DNA from: Ignavibacteria bacterium
GTDB taxonomy: Bacteria; Bacteroidota; Ignavibacteria; SZUA-365
DNA: 64,000 bases
Assembly (NCBI GenBank): GCA_016720835.1
Contig: JADKJW010000031.1
Span: 310,625 to 374,624, forward strand
Reading direction: 5' to 3'
Shown: piece after piece, positions 30,517 through 40,251 of the stretch
Layout: each line of letters begins with the position of its first letter
Position numbering within the stretch: the stretch's first letter is position 1
The notes under the pieces: model-generated
Seen by the model: the letters and a program-made list of their open reading frames with translations, nothing else
Told to the model about the DNA's origin: nothing
Database searches by the model: none
Position numbers and translations under genes: made by a program

Positions 30517-31667
30517 GCGCGCGGCCCTCCTTCCGCGCGTTCGCGCAATTCGGCCTGCACCTTCTTCTTCACCCGGAAAAAGCGCAGGGCGGACAGCATC
30601 GCCGCCCCGATGAGTATGAAGAACAGCACGGGCTGCAGGTGTCCGGCCTTGACTTGCGCGGCGGCGACGACGAGGACGGCAAGGAACATGAGCAGCGAGG
30701 TGAACAACTCCCGGCGCACGCGCTTGTCCTGCGCTGCGCTCTTCGGCGGGAGTGCGGCGGCGGCCGTCGTCTCCGCTTCGGGCATGCCGACGGTCTCGAT
30801 GAAGATGGCTTCGAGGGACGGTTCGATGCGCGCGAAGCGGGCGATCTGCAGGCGCGCGACCGCCGCGGTGAGAATGCTGTTGGTGTCCGCGCCGTCGGCG
30901 ACGACGAGTTCGGCGAAGTTCTGCGACACCTGCGCGCGCGCCACGCCGGGCAGCGTTTCGAGGAAGTCCCCTTCGCCTTCGAATTCGATCTGCACGGAGT
31001 TCTTGCCGAAGCGCTGCTTGATGCCCGCGGGCGAGCCTTCCAGCACGATGCGCCCCTTGTTGATCAGCACCAGGTCGTCGCAGAGCTTCTCCGCGAATTC
31101 CATCTGATGCGTCGAGAAGATGATCGCCCGGTTGTCGAGGCGCAACTCCTGCAGCGCGTCCTTGATCAGGATCTGATTCACGGGATCGAGGCCGGAAAAC
31201 ACTTCATCGAGCACGAGCAGCGCCGGTCGGTGCAGCACGGAGATGATGAACTGCACCTTCTGCTGATTGCCCTTGCTCAGTTCCTCGACGTTGCGCTTGA
31301 GGGCGTGCGTCAGCGAGAAGCGCTCGAGCCAGGGCGCCGCGGCGGCGCGCGCGGCGGCCGCGTCCATGCCCTTGAGGGATGCGAAATACGCGATCACGTG
31401 CACGAGCTTGTTCTTGCGGTACAGGCCGCGCTCCTCGGGCAGGTAGCCGACGAGATTCTTGCCCGACTCGCCGGGGCGTTTTCCGTTGAACAGGATCTCC
31501 CCGCTGTCGGGTTGAATGATGTCCATGATCATCCGGATGGTCGTCGATTTCCCCGCGCCGTTCGGTCCGATCAGTCCGAAGACCTGGCCGGGCTTGACGG
31601 TGAAGGAGACGTCGTCAACCGCGCGGACGGAGGTGAAATCCTTGCGCAGGTGTGAAACGGTCAGCAT
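30513..31667 (-). CDS. ABC transporter ATP-binding protein (NatA-like) with a C-terminal membrane-anchored extension
   Basis: Walker A (GPNGAGKST), the ABC signature (LSKGNQQK), Walker B (LLVLDEVFSGLD) and the H-loop. One predicted TM helix at the C-terminus. Confidence 0.85.
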   Translation of the reverse strand: MLTVSHLRKDFTSVRAVDDVSFTVKPGQVFGLIGPNGAGKSTTIRMIMDIIQPDSGEILFNGKRPGESGKNLVGYLPEERGLYRKNKLVHVIAYFASLKGMDAAAARAAAAPWLERFSLTHALKRNVEELSKGNQQKVQFIISVLHRPALLVLDEVFSGLDPVNQILIKDALQELRLDNRAIIFSTHQMEFAEKLCDDLVLINKGRIVLEGSPAGIKQRFGKNSVQIEFEGEGDFLETLPGVARAQVSQNFAELVVADGADTNSILTAAVARLQIARFARIEPSLEAIFIETVGMPEAETTAAAALPPKSAAQDKRVRRELFTSLLMFLAVLVVAAAQVKAGHLQPVLFFILIGAAMLSALRFFRVKKKVQAELRERAEGGPRA

Positions 31668-31753
31668 GCAGTCCTGTAAGGTTCAGTGCGTGAAAGTGGT
31701 CCGGAGTCCGGGGACACCGGATCGTGATGTTCTACGGTACAGTGGCCGTCTTG

Positions 31754-32593
31754 TTACGGGAGCTTCTTTTTGAACGCCTGATACGATTTCGTGAAGAGCT
31801 GCGATTCCGCGGGGGACGGGACCTTCCATTCCGCCATTTTCGCCTGCACGTTGTTCGCGCGGTCTTCCGACGGGGGATGCGTCAGAAACAGCGTGGTGAG
31901 GGAGGACGAGCTGCTGCCGCCCGCGGCCCCGATCTTCTCGAAGAAGTATTTGATGGAACCCGGGTAGTAATCCGTCGATCGCAGGTACTGCATGCTGTAG
32001 TTGTCGGCCTCCATCTCGTCGTCGCGGCTGTTCTTGAGGAAGCCGAGATTCGTGAAGAGGTTGCCCGCGATTTGCGCGACCGTGCTGGGATTCTTCCCGA
32101 GCACTTCGCCGAGCAGGATCTGGGCGCCGTGCGCGGCGGTGATGCGCTTGGTCGCATGGCGGCGTTCCGCGTGCGCGATCTCGTGGCCCAGCACACCGGC
32201 GAGCGACGCCTCATTGTCGAGAAATTTCATCAGGCCGGTGTACACGTAGATGTAGCCGCCGGGAGTGCAGAAGGCGTTGATGGTCTTGTCGTCCTGGATG
32301 ATCTCCACGACGTAGGGATAGATGGCGCGCTTCTGCACATCCGGCGACGCGAGCACTTTCTGCACGATGCCGCCGACGTAGGACTTCACTTCGGGGCGCC
32401 CCTGCATGATGGGGTATTCCTTCGGGTTGGCGCGAATCTCCTTGTCGAGCTGCGCGCCCAGATTCACGTCGTCGCTGTCCTTGTAGATGTTCACGCCGCA
32501 GGCGATCAGGACCGCGGTGTACGCGAGCATCGTCAGCATGGCGATGCGGCTCCTGAACACCGTGTGGATATTGTGTCTCATTCGCGATAGCAT
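31754..32593 (-). CDS. M48-family zinc metallopeptidase lipoprotein
   Basis: HEIAHAERRH (HExxH) plus a downstream Glu. Lipoprotein signal (MLTMLAYTAVLIAC). Start MLSRMR preceded by GAGGA; the longer in-frame ORF runs to 32659. Confidence 0.75.
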   Translation of the reverse strand: MLSRMRHNIHTVFRSRIAMLTMLAYTAVLIACGVNIYKDSDDVNLGAQLDKEIRANPKEYPIMQGRPEVKSYVGGIVQKVLASPDVQKRAIYPYVVEIIQDDKTINAFCTPGGYIYVYTGLMKFLDNEASLAGVLGHEIAHAERRHATKRITAAHGAQILLGEVLGKNPSTVAQIAGNLFTNLGFLKNSRDDEMEADNYSMQYLRSTDYYPGSIKYFFEKIGAAGGSSSSSLTTLFLTHPPSEDRANNVQAKMAEWKVPSPAESQLFTKSYQAFKKKLP

Positions 32594-32677
32594 GGTGTAT
32601 CCTCTCTGCGGAAATGGTTGGTGGTGGAAGAGTCGAAAAGTATCCAAAACTTGCGGCAAATCCAGTGCCGCTCGGAA

Positions 32678-33754
32678 TCACCCGAGATACTGCTCGGGGG
32701 CCGGCGTGGAGAGCCAGTACAGGACGCGGTGACGGAAGGCTTTTTCCATCGCGAGGCGCGCGGGCGCATCCGCGGACAGCGGAAGCGGGGAGAGCGCGAA
32801 GAACGCCGCGATGGCATCCTGAATGCAGGAAATATCATCGTTCCGGAACACGAGGTGGCGCAGGTCGTCCGCTCCCTCGAAGTACCGCGTGTACCATGCC
32901 ACGTGCTTGCGCAGGCGAGGCAGACTGAGGATGGGACCGAACTCGCGCGCGAGCATCGCGACGTGCCGCCGCACCACATCGGCAAGGTCGGTCACCGATG
33001 GCAGGTGCTCGTCGATGCCGCAGCGGCGCCCGAGCGCGATGTCCCGGAATATCCACGGGGTGCCAAGCGCTCCGCGCGCGATCATCACCGCGTCACAGCC
33101 GGTCTGATCCATCATGCGGAAGGCGTCGGCCGAGGAGAACACGTCCCCGTTGCCCACGACGGGGATGGAGGCTTCGTCCTTCGCGATGGCGATGGCGTCC
33201 CAGTGCGCGGGCTGATCGTAGGCGGCGGAGCGGGAACGCGCGTGAACGGTGATGAAACTCGCGCCCGCGTCCTCCACGGCGCGCACGATGGCGCGCATGG
33301 ATTCTTCGCGATGCTGCGCGCTCATGCGCACTTTGGCCGACACCGGCACCGTCGACGCGCGCACGGCGGCGCGCACGACGCTTTCGAGGGATTTGGGGTC
33401 CTCGAGCAGTTTCGCGCCGGCGCCCGCATCGCAGATGCGCTCGTTCGGACAGCCGCAGTTGATGTCGATGATCGTCGGGTGCATGCGCGAGAGTTCATGG
33501 ATGGCCTGCGTCGCCATGCCCGCAGTCGCCGCCACCACCTGCATCGAGATCGCGCCCTCCGCGGGATCGAAGACCGCGCAGCGGAACGACTCCTTGAGGC
33601 CCTCCACGATGCCCTTGGCGCTCACCATCTCCGTGCTCGCGTGCACGACGCCGAATTCCCGGCACACGGCGCGGAAGGGAATGTCGGTCGTCGCGAGCAT
33701 CGGCGCGAGTATGGCCCTGCCGGCGAGGAGCTGCTGTACGACATCTGGAATCAT
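32678..33754 (-). CDS. dusB: tRNA-dihydrouridine synthase (DusB-like) with a C-terminal extension
   Basis: FMN TIM-barrel motifs (LAPMLATTDIPFRAVCREFG, DINCGCP, catalytic Cys/Lys region). Confidence 0.8.
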   Translation of the reverse strand: MIPDVVQQLLAGRAILAPMLATTDIPFRAVCREFGVVHASTEMVSAKGIVEGLKESFRCAVFDPAEGAISMQVVAATAGMATQAIHELSRMHPTIIDINCGCPNERICDAGAGAKLLEDPKSLESVVRAAVRASTVPVSAKVRMSAQHREESMRAIVRAVEDAGASFITVHARSRSAAYDQPAHWDAIAIAKDEASIPVVGNGDVFSSADAFRMMDQTGCDAVMIARGALGTPWIFRDIALGRRCGIDEHLPSVTDLADVVRRHVAMLAREFGPILSLPRLRKHVAWYTRYFEGADDLRHLVFRNDDISCIQDAIAAFFALSPLPLSADAPARLAMEKAFRHRVLYWLSTPAPEQYLG

Positions 33755-33819
33755 CCTTCCAAGATAGCAAATCCCCGGGGGTTGCTTCGCATGACTCGAG
33801 ACGGTATATTCGCATTTAG

Positions 33820-33832
33820 ATTTAGTCTAAAT
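33820..33832. promoter_or_regulatory. Fur-box-like palindrome (atttagtctaaat) 5 nt upstream of the fur start codon
   Basis: A 13-bp perfect palindrome within catttagatttagtctaaata, made of AT-rich hexamer repeats like Fur operators. It lies between the divergent dus and fur-feoAB genes. Confidence 0.45.
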
Positions 33833-33836
33833 AGAC

Positions 33837-34289
33837 ATGCAGAAACCCGACATCAAATCCTTCTTCCACGAGTACCTGCGCCGGAACAACCTGCGCATCA
33901 CCCCCGAGCGCATCGAAGTGCTGGACGCGGCAATGGCATCCAAGAGCCACTTCGACGCGGATCAGCTCTTCCTGCACCTCAAGAAAAAGGGGAGCAAGGT
34001 GTCGCGCGCGACGGTGTACAACACGCTCGAGAAGCTGCGCGATTCGGGCATCCTCGTGCAGTACCGCTTCGAGGAACGCCTCGCCAAGTACGAAGTCGCC
34101 CTCAACAACCAGCCGCATCATCACCTGATCTGCCGTTCCTGCGGCACCATCGAGGAATTCATCGACAAGCGCGTCGACCGCATGGCCCGCGACGCCGCCG
34201 CCTTCATGAATCACGATCTGCAGGACGCGATCCTGCACATCTACGGGATCTGCCCCGCCTGCAGGAAGAAACACCCATCGCAGCCGTAA
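33837..34289 (+). CDS. fur: Ferric uptake regulator family transcriptional repressor
   Basis: N-terminal winged helix (RITPERIEVLDA...) and C-terminal metal sites (HHHLICRSCG...CPACRKKH). The stop overlaps the feoA ATG (TAATG). Confidence 0.85.
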   Translation: MQKPDIKSFFHEYLRRNNLRITPERIEVLDAAMASKSHFDADQLFLHLKKKGSKVSRATVYNTLEKLRDSGILVQYRFEERLAKYEVALNNQPHHHLICRSCGTIEEFIDKRVDRMARDAAAFMNHDLQDAILHIYGICPACRKKHPSQP

Positions 34290-34513
34290 TGCCCATGCTC
34301 CTCAGTACCGTCCGCAAAGGATCGCGCGTCCGCATCGCCGGACTTCCCCTCGGCGACATGCGCTCGCAGCTCATCCGCCTCGGCCTCATGGAAGGCACCG
34401 TGGTGGAATGTCTCGAGCGGCTGCCCGGAGGCACGCTCGTGCTGCTGCACAGCCGCCAGGAAGTGGCCGTGAGCACCGAGCTGGCCGCGTCCATCACCGT
34501 CTCGTCGCTCTGA
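34289..34513 (+). CDS. feoA: Ferrous iron transport protein FeoA
   Basis: 74-aa SH3-like protein (GSRVRIAGLPLGDMRSQLIRLGLMEGTVVEC) immediately upstream of feoB. Confidence 0.75.
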   Translation: MPMLLSTVRKGSRVRIAGLPLGDMRSQLIRLGLMEGTVVECLERLPGGTLVLLHSRQEVAVSTELAASITVSSL

Positions 34514-34532
34514 GAAAGGATACACGCACCTC

Positions 34533-36608
34533 ATGCCATCGCCGATTGTCGACACCGGACCGGAACGCGCGCTCACGTCCAAAACGCATCCGCCGCAACC
34601 GCATGCCGGACATCATCACCCGCGCACGGATATCCTCGCGGGCGATCCCTCCAAGCGCAAACTCGTCCTCGTCGGGAATCCGAATGTCGGCAAATCCGTG
34701 TTCTTCAACTACCTCAGCGGCCTGTACGTCGATGTCTCCAATTTTCCCGGCACCACCGTGGAAGTTGCGAAAGCCTCCTACCTCGAGTACGATCTGTACG
34801 ACACGCCCGGCATCTACGGCGTGTCGTCCTTCAACGACGAGGAAACCGTCGCGCGCGACATCATCCTGAATGCGGATCTGATCGTCAACATCGTCGACGG
34901 CGTGCACCTCGAGCGCGATCTGTTCCTGACCCAGCAGCTCATCGACATGGGCAAGCCGGTCGGCGTGGCCGTGAACATGCTGGACGAGGCGCGCCATCAG
35001 AAACTCGACATCGATCTTGCCGCGCTGGAACGCGAACTCGGCGTGCCCGTCATCGGCACCGTCGCCACGCAGCGCGAGGGACTCGACGCCATCCACGACC
35101 TCATCCGCTCGGTACGCGAAGGACGTCAGAATCCGTCTCTCCACGCCGAGCTGCACCGCCTCCTGAGCGTGGTCGGCTCGCAGGGAGAAGCACTGCTCGT
35201 GCTCGAGGGCGATCCGGTCATCGCCGCGCGGCACGGCCTGAAGACCGTCGTCTCCTCGTCGCGCGACGAACTCTACATCGATCGGCGGAACCGCGTCAAC
35301 ACCATCGTCGCGCAGGTCGTCAGCCATGCGCAGACAGGCCGCCGCCTGTCGTCACTGTTCGGGCGCGCGACGGTCAGCCCGATCTGGGGTCTTCCGATTC
35401 TCGCCGTCATTCTCTTTCTGCTCTACCAGTTCGTCGGCGTGCTCGTGGCGCAGGATCTCGTCGGCTTCACCGAATCGACGGTGGGCAACCGGATCGTGGA
35501 AGTGGCGATCAAGGGCGCCGTCGCGCGCAATGCCGCGACGGAGATCACGGTGGAACGGGTGGGCGCTCACGACGAAATCATCGCAGAGCGAAACTTCAGC
35601 TTTCCTGATGGCCGCTTTGCGAATCCGGCGCTGTGGAAGGAAGCGCAGGACTTCGCATCAGGCCACACCGCCAACTGGACCTTCAAATATTCGAATCCCT
35701 GGATCGTCGTGTTCTTCGGGGAATTCGGCGCGATCACGATGACGCTCACGTACCTGCTCTTCCTGCTCATGCCGCTCGTCATCGGCTTCTACCTCGCGCT
35801 CTCGGTGCTGGAGGACAGCGGCTACCTGCCGCGGCTGGCGACGATCGTGGATCGCACGCTGCGCGTCATCGGGCTCAACGGACGCGCGATCATCCCGCTC
35901 ATTCTCGGATTCGGCTGCGTCACCATGGCTACCATTACGACGCGCCTGCTCGGGACGAACAGGGAAAAGACGATTGCAACCACGATATTGCAGCTCGCGA
36001 TCCCGTGCTCCGCGCAACTCGGCGTCATCGCCGCGCTGCTCGCGACCGCGGGTCCCGCGGCAACGGCGATCTACGCGGCGGTGATCTTTTCCTTCCTCGT
36101 CGCCGTCGGCACCTCGATGAGCAGGCTCATTCCCGGCGAAACATCCGCCCTGCTGCTCGACCTCCCGCCGATGCGCTTTCCCCGCGTCGGGAACGTGGTG
36201 CAGAAGACCGCCTACAAAACGTATTTCTTCATGAAGGAAGCCAGCCCGTGGTTCTTTGTCGGCGCGCTCGCGGTCAGCATTCTGCAGGTCACCGGCGCGC
36301 TCGTCGCGGTGCAGGACCTGCTGCAGCCGCTGGTCGTGTCCTGGCTCAAACTCCCGAAGGAGGCGGCCACCGCCTTCGTCATGGGACTCGTGCGACGCGA
36401 CTTCGGAGCCGCCGGACTGTATTCGATGGATCTCTCGCCGTATCAGACCGTCGCCGCCCTGGTCACCATCACCCTGTTCGTGCCCTGCATCGCGTCCGTC
36501 GTCGTGATGCTCAAGGAACGCGGCCTCAAGGAAGGCATGATCATCTGGACGGGCAGCTTCGTGCTCGCCCTCGTCGTCGGCGGCCTCGTCGCGCAGTTGC
36601 TGATTTGA
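34533..36608 (+). CDS. feoB: Ferrous iron transporter FeoB (N-terminal G-domain plus polytopic membrane domain)
   Basis: G1 (GNPNVGKS), G2-G4 motifs and the two Gate regions. 691 aa. Confidence 0.9.
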   Translation: MPSPIVDTGPERALTSKTHPPQPHAGHHHPRTDILAGDPSKRKLVLVGNPNVGKSVFFNYLSGLYVDVSNFPGTTVEVAKASYLEYDLYDTPGIYGVSSFNDEETVARDIILNADLIVNIVDGVHLERDLFLTQQLIDMGKPVGVAVNMLDEARHQKLDIDLAALERELGVPVIGTVATQREGLDAIHDLIRSVREGRQNPSLHAELHRLLSVVGSQGEALLVLEGDPVIAARHGLKTVVSSSRDELYIDRRNRVNTIVAQVVSHAQTGRRLSSLFGRATVSPIWGLPILAVILFLLYQFVGVLVAQDLVGFTESTVGNRIVEVAIKGAVARNAATEITVERVGAHDEIIAERNFSFPDGRFANPALWKEAQDFASGHTANWTFKYSNPWIVVFFGEFGAITMTLTYLLFLLMPLVIGFYLALSVLEDSGYLPRLATIVDRTLRVIGLNGRAIIPLILGFGCVTMATITTRLLGTNREKTIATTILQLAIPCSAQLGVIAALLATAGPAATAIYAAVIFSFLVAVGTSMSRLIPGETSALLLDLPPMRFPRVGNVVQKTAYKTYFFMKEASPWFFVGALAVSILQVTGALVAVQDLLQPLVVSWLKLPKEAATAFVMGLVRRDFGAAGLYSMDLSPYQTVAALVTITLFVPCIASVVVMLKERGLKEGMIIWTGSFVLALVVGGLVAQLLI

Positions 36609-36657
36609 CTCTCGCGGACGCGCCCCGCGGCGCTCCCCGCCACTCCAGGAGTATCGC

Positions 36658-37191
36658 ATGATCCGACACGCACTTCTCGCCGTCGCGCTGCTGCTCGCAG
36701 CGCAGGCCTCGCGCGCCCAGGAAGCCCGCCACCGCTTCGATCCGGTGGTGTACCTCGGCACGCTCAACATCTATCAGCAGTGGGCCGAGGGAGTGTTCCT
36801 CAAGCCGCCGCACAGCGTGCAGCAGTACGTCGACACGCTGCTCTCGTACGAGAACGTCATCGCCTTCACGCTGGTCACGCGCGATTCGTCCCGCGCGGGG
36901 TGGACGATGCGCATGGACTTCGACGCCGACAACTACGGCGCGCTGAAGCTGATCCGCGTGAAAGCGTGGAAACCCGCGGGCACGGATGCCGCCGCCGAAT
37001 TCAAGGATCTCGCGTCGCGCGTGCAGAGCATCCTGAAACGGAAACTCCTCGAGCGGACGGAAGATTCAGCGGACAAGATTGTCTGGAAATGGATGCCCCG
37101 TTCCGGGCATGCCTTCGTCATCACGCGGCAGGCCGCGGAAGGCGCGCGTCCCGCCATGCTGCGGATGTCCCTCGACGCCGTGGTACAGTGA
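36658..37191 (+). CDS. Hypothetical secreted protein
   Basis: Signal peptide (MIRHALLAVALLLAAQASRAQ) and a CAGGAG RBS. No recognisable domain. Confidence 0.5.
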   Translation: MIRHALLAVALLLAAQASRAQEARHRFDPVVYLGTLNIYQQWAEGVFLKPPHSVQQYVDTLLSYENVIAFTLVTRDSSRAGWTMRMDFDADNYGALKLIRVKAWKPAGTDAAAEFKDLASRVQSILKRKLLERTEDSADKIVWKWMPRSGHAFVITRQAAEGARPAMLRMSLDAVVQ

Positions 37192-37225
37192 GTGCATGGG
37201 GACAGGGGAAAGGGAATGCGATGCG

Positions 37226-39994
37226 TCAATCCAGCAGCACAATGTTCCTGACGACGGTGCGCGTGACTCCCGTTGTCTGCTCCCTGGCGAGGAGCTGCAC
37301 GAAATAGACTCCGGCAGGCACGCGGCGATGCAGATCGTCGCCGCCATCCCAGCGGTACAGCCGCGTCCCATGCACGGATTCACCCGCGGTGATGCTCCGG
37401 ACCCTTCGGCCGAGCCGGTCAAACACCGCGATGGTGACCACGGAGGCGTTGCGCGCGCGGAGGGTGATGCCGGTCTCGCGCCGGAAGGGATTCGGCGCGA
37501 TGGACAGCGAGATCGAATCGTTGTCGATCGCGCCGGCGACCTCGGGAACATCCAGGAGTTTCGTTTCGTCGAACGGGTCTTTCATGAAGTGCAGAGTGTC
37601 GTTGGGCTCCAGCGCGAGCAACGCGGTGTAGTCGCAGAGCAGACGGTAGCGCATGGCCATGCTCACGATGGCGGCGGTGTCGCGTTTCGGCTGCTTGAAC
37701 AGGTCCTTGAGATGCTCGTTCCCCAGCATCGATGGCACGATTTTGTCCATTTTCGTGCTGTCGTGACTCAGATACCTGCTGCCGGTATAGATCCTTTCGC
37801 CGATGGAATCCTTGAATACGGCACGGACGGTGAACGTGATGCTGTCCGACGGAGTGGCGGCGCCGATGAAGAAGCGTGCCTTGTTCGGATCCTCCGGCAC
37901 CGGTTCGACTTCGCGGATTTCCTTCACCACCCCGGCGCCCGCATCCGCAACTGCCGAGACGGTCAGGGTGTCCGCCGTCGGCAAACTGTACGGATCGAGC
38001 AGCGCGCAGAGCGAATTCCATGGGTACAGGTGCGTCTCGAAATGCCGGCCATGCGTCGCGTCCGCGATGGTCTTCAGCAGATACCCGCATCCGTAGTATT
38101 GGACCTGTTGGTCCGTGACCGACCGCGGGAGGAAATTCGATCCGTCCAAGAGATTGATGGTCGTGAATTGAGGAGCTGCAGGGATGAAGTCCGCAACGTA
38201 GGACGCCGTCCACGCCTGTGCATCGGGCTTCTCGAAGAGCGTATCGGTATTGCTCAGGACGATGACCCGATCGCACGGGGACGCCGTATGGAATGCCTTC
38301 ACGGTTTGGAGGAGGCCGGTAAGTTGCTGATCGCACGAGACCGCATTGAGGCCGAGGAGGGGGATACCGATCACAGCTTTCAATGCTCCGTCATCCCTGA
38401 ACGACCAGATGGCACTGACAACAAGCAAGCCGTTGTGTATTCTTTTCGAAATGACGTACGGCCTGCCCAGAGAGTCGATCAATTCCACTTTTACCTGCGG
38501 ATCCGGAGAGTACTCCAGGAAATTGAACACGTAATGATTGAATGGTTCTGTAAAGTCCTTTCCGATATTCCCTGCGGCGACTCCTGTAAGGGGCGCCGGA
38601 AATTCCGTTATCCTCCTTACGCTCAGTCCGGCGATATGTGCGGAAGCGATCACTTCATCGCTTGGAGATCGGTTATAGTCGTAGTAGGTCAGAACCCTGC
38701 CGCCTTCGATGAAGACGCTATCGATCTTCGCCAACAGCTCGACGGAATTGTTCTTCCGATCATCGGTTCCGTTATTGTATGTTGCTACAACGTCCGCTTT
38801 TCCGGAATCGCGAAGAGCCTCGAGAAGACTCGGGAAGTTTTTAATCGTGGCGAGTTTTTCCAGCCCGGGAAATTGCCAGCATACGGGTGCGAGATCATCC
38901 GTGTACTTGATATACGGGATCCGTTGCTCCGCGATTTCCCGCCCCCACTCGCTGGCGACGAAGCGATCGATGAGCGCACTGATGCTGTCGGTCCGGCCCA
39001 GGGTCCAAGCAGGATTCAGGAACTGAATCTTTCCTGCCCCCGCAACCAGCACGTTGACGCTGTCGTCCGCTTTCGCGGCGGAGAGGATTGCCTGCTTCAC
39101 CCGTGGAATCAGCGTGACGAAATTCTTGTAATGCACGCCGCTCAGGTCCAGCGCGAATAGCAGACGCTTGCTCGATGAATCCCTCTGAATCGGGAAGATC
39201 GAGCCGGGATCGAAGCCGAATTGGAAGTACGCCCCATCGTTCTTGCGCTCCGAGGATGAGAAGAACGTGCCGTCGGAGAAGTCCGTGGTGAAGCCAAGTG
39301 TGAATCCAGGCAGGACACCGATATCATCGACGCGGGTATATTGAAAGCGGTATCCGTTCGTATCCTTCAAGCCGGTGAAATTCGCGTTCGGCAGTTCAGA
39401 GATGCTGGGCTTGCCCCAGACGGGTTCTACGACACGAAAGAGGACGTCCAACGGTTTTTTCGCGGCATTGTTATCACTCAACATTTGCAGAGGAAGTTCT
39501 GCGACGCCGAGCTTGCCCAGCCAGCGCGTGGGCGTGATGAAGTTGAGTTTGATCTTCCTCACGGAACCCGAGACGAGTGGGAAGATATGGAGTTCGTAGA
39601 TGTCGCCGCGCTTGGCGAGGAAGGCCGGATCGTGCAGGCTGCTCGTGATGCTGTCGTAGATCGCGCGCGCCCGCCATGTGTCGAGCATGATCGCCTGCAT
39701 CACGCTGTCGCCGATCCACAGCCACAGATCGTTGACCACCGCATTGGCGGGCAGACGGAAGCGATGCACAATCTCGACGATGGAAGAACCGGCGAATTGG
39801 TTGTGGTCCGAATACGAGAGGTACAGCGACTGTTCGACGTACGCCCCGTGGGGCTCCACAACCAGCGTCGCTTGGTCGATGTACCCCGGCTTCGTGCCGT
39901 AGGCGGTCGTCTTGACGGTGAGCTGCGCGCGTGCCGGAAGCGCAAGGAGGACAATGAGAAATGCCAGCAGGAAGGATCTCTGGTGCATGTCCAT
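37226..39994 (-). CDS. Large secreted VIT-like/vWA-like domain protein with a T9SS C-terminal sorting domain
   Basis: Signal peptide, an N-terminal region resembling the VIT domain, a central Rossmann-like region with a degenerate MIDAS (LLFALDLSGV), and a C-terminal Por_Secre_tail (LSIAPNPFRRETGITLRARNASVVTIAVFDRLGRRV...GVYFVQL). Confidence 0.6.
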   Translation of the reverse strand: MDMHQRSFLLAFLIVLLALPARAQLTVKTTAYGTKPGYIDQATLVVEPHGAYVEQSLYLSYSDHNQFAGSSIVEIVHRFRLPANAVVNDLWLWIGDSVMQAIMLDTWRARAIYDSITSSLHDPAFLAKRGDIYELHIFPLVSGSVRKIKLNFITPTRWLGKLGVAELPLQMLSDNNAAKKPLDVLFRVVEPVWGKPSISELPNANFTGLKDTNGYRFQYTRVDDIGVLPGFTLGFTTDFSDGTFFSSSERKNDGAYFQFGFDPGSIFPIQRDSSSKRLLFALDLSGVHYKNFVTLIPRVKQAILSAAKADDSVNVLVAGAGKIQFLNPAWTLGRTDSISALIDRFVASEWGREIAEQRIPYIKYTDDLAPVCWQFPGLEKLATIKNFPSLLEALRDSGKADVVATYNNGTDDRKNNSVELLAKIDSVFIEGGRVLTYYDYNRSPSDEVIASAHIAGLSVRRITEFPAPLTGVAAGNIGKDFTEPFNHYVFNFLEYSPDPQVKVELIDSLGRPYVISKRIHNGLLVVSAIWSFRDDGALKAVIGIPLLGLNAVSCDQQLTGLLQTVKAFHTASPCDRVIVLSNTDTLFEKPDAQAWTASYVADFIPAAPQFTTINLLDGSNFLPRSVTDQQVQYYGCGYLLKTIADATHGRHFETHLYPWNSLCALLDPYSLPTADTLTVSAVADAGAGVVKEIREVEPVPEDPNKARFFIGAATPSDSITFTVRAVFKDSIGERIYTGSRYLSHDSTKMDKIVPSMLGNEHLKDLFKQPKRDTAAIVSMAMRYRLLCDYTALLALEPNDTLHFMKDPFDETKLLDVPEVAGAIDNDSISLSIAPNPFRRETGITLRARNASVVTIAVFDRLGRRVRSITAGESVHGTRLYRWDGGDDLHRRVPAGVYFVQLLAREQTTGVTRTVVRNIVLLD

Positions 39995-40104
39995 GTGCGA
40001 GCCTCACGATGTGCGTATGGAGGAAGGTCCCCAAGAGAACGTCGAAAAACGAAACTACTCAGCGCGCTCCCCACATGCAATGCTCGCGGCGATCCGCCTT
40101 ACCC

Positions 40105-40251
40105 GAATACCTCACCTTGCCCACGAATCGGCCGGCGGGACTTCGGCCTGCACGCCGAAGTTCGCTATTCGCGAACGCAGGCGGGGCCCTACCCGGCGTT
40201 TGATTCACTCCAATACTCCATCACTCCGATACTCCGCCGCTCCGCATTCGC
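40105..40251. repeat. REP-like element, inverted copy of unit 1 of the 2660-2935 array
   Basis: The reverse complement reads gagtgatggagtattggagtgaatcaaacgccgggtagggccccgcctgcgttcgcgaatagcgaacttcggcgtgcaggccg...ccggccgattcg and matches 2668-2760 almost base for base. It sits immediately 3' of mnmG. Confidence 0.65.
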
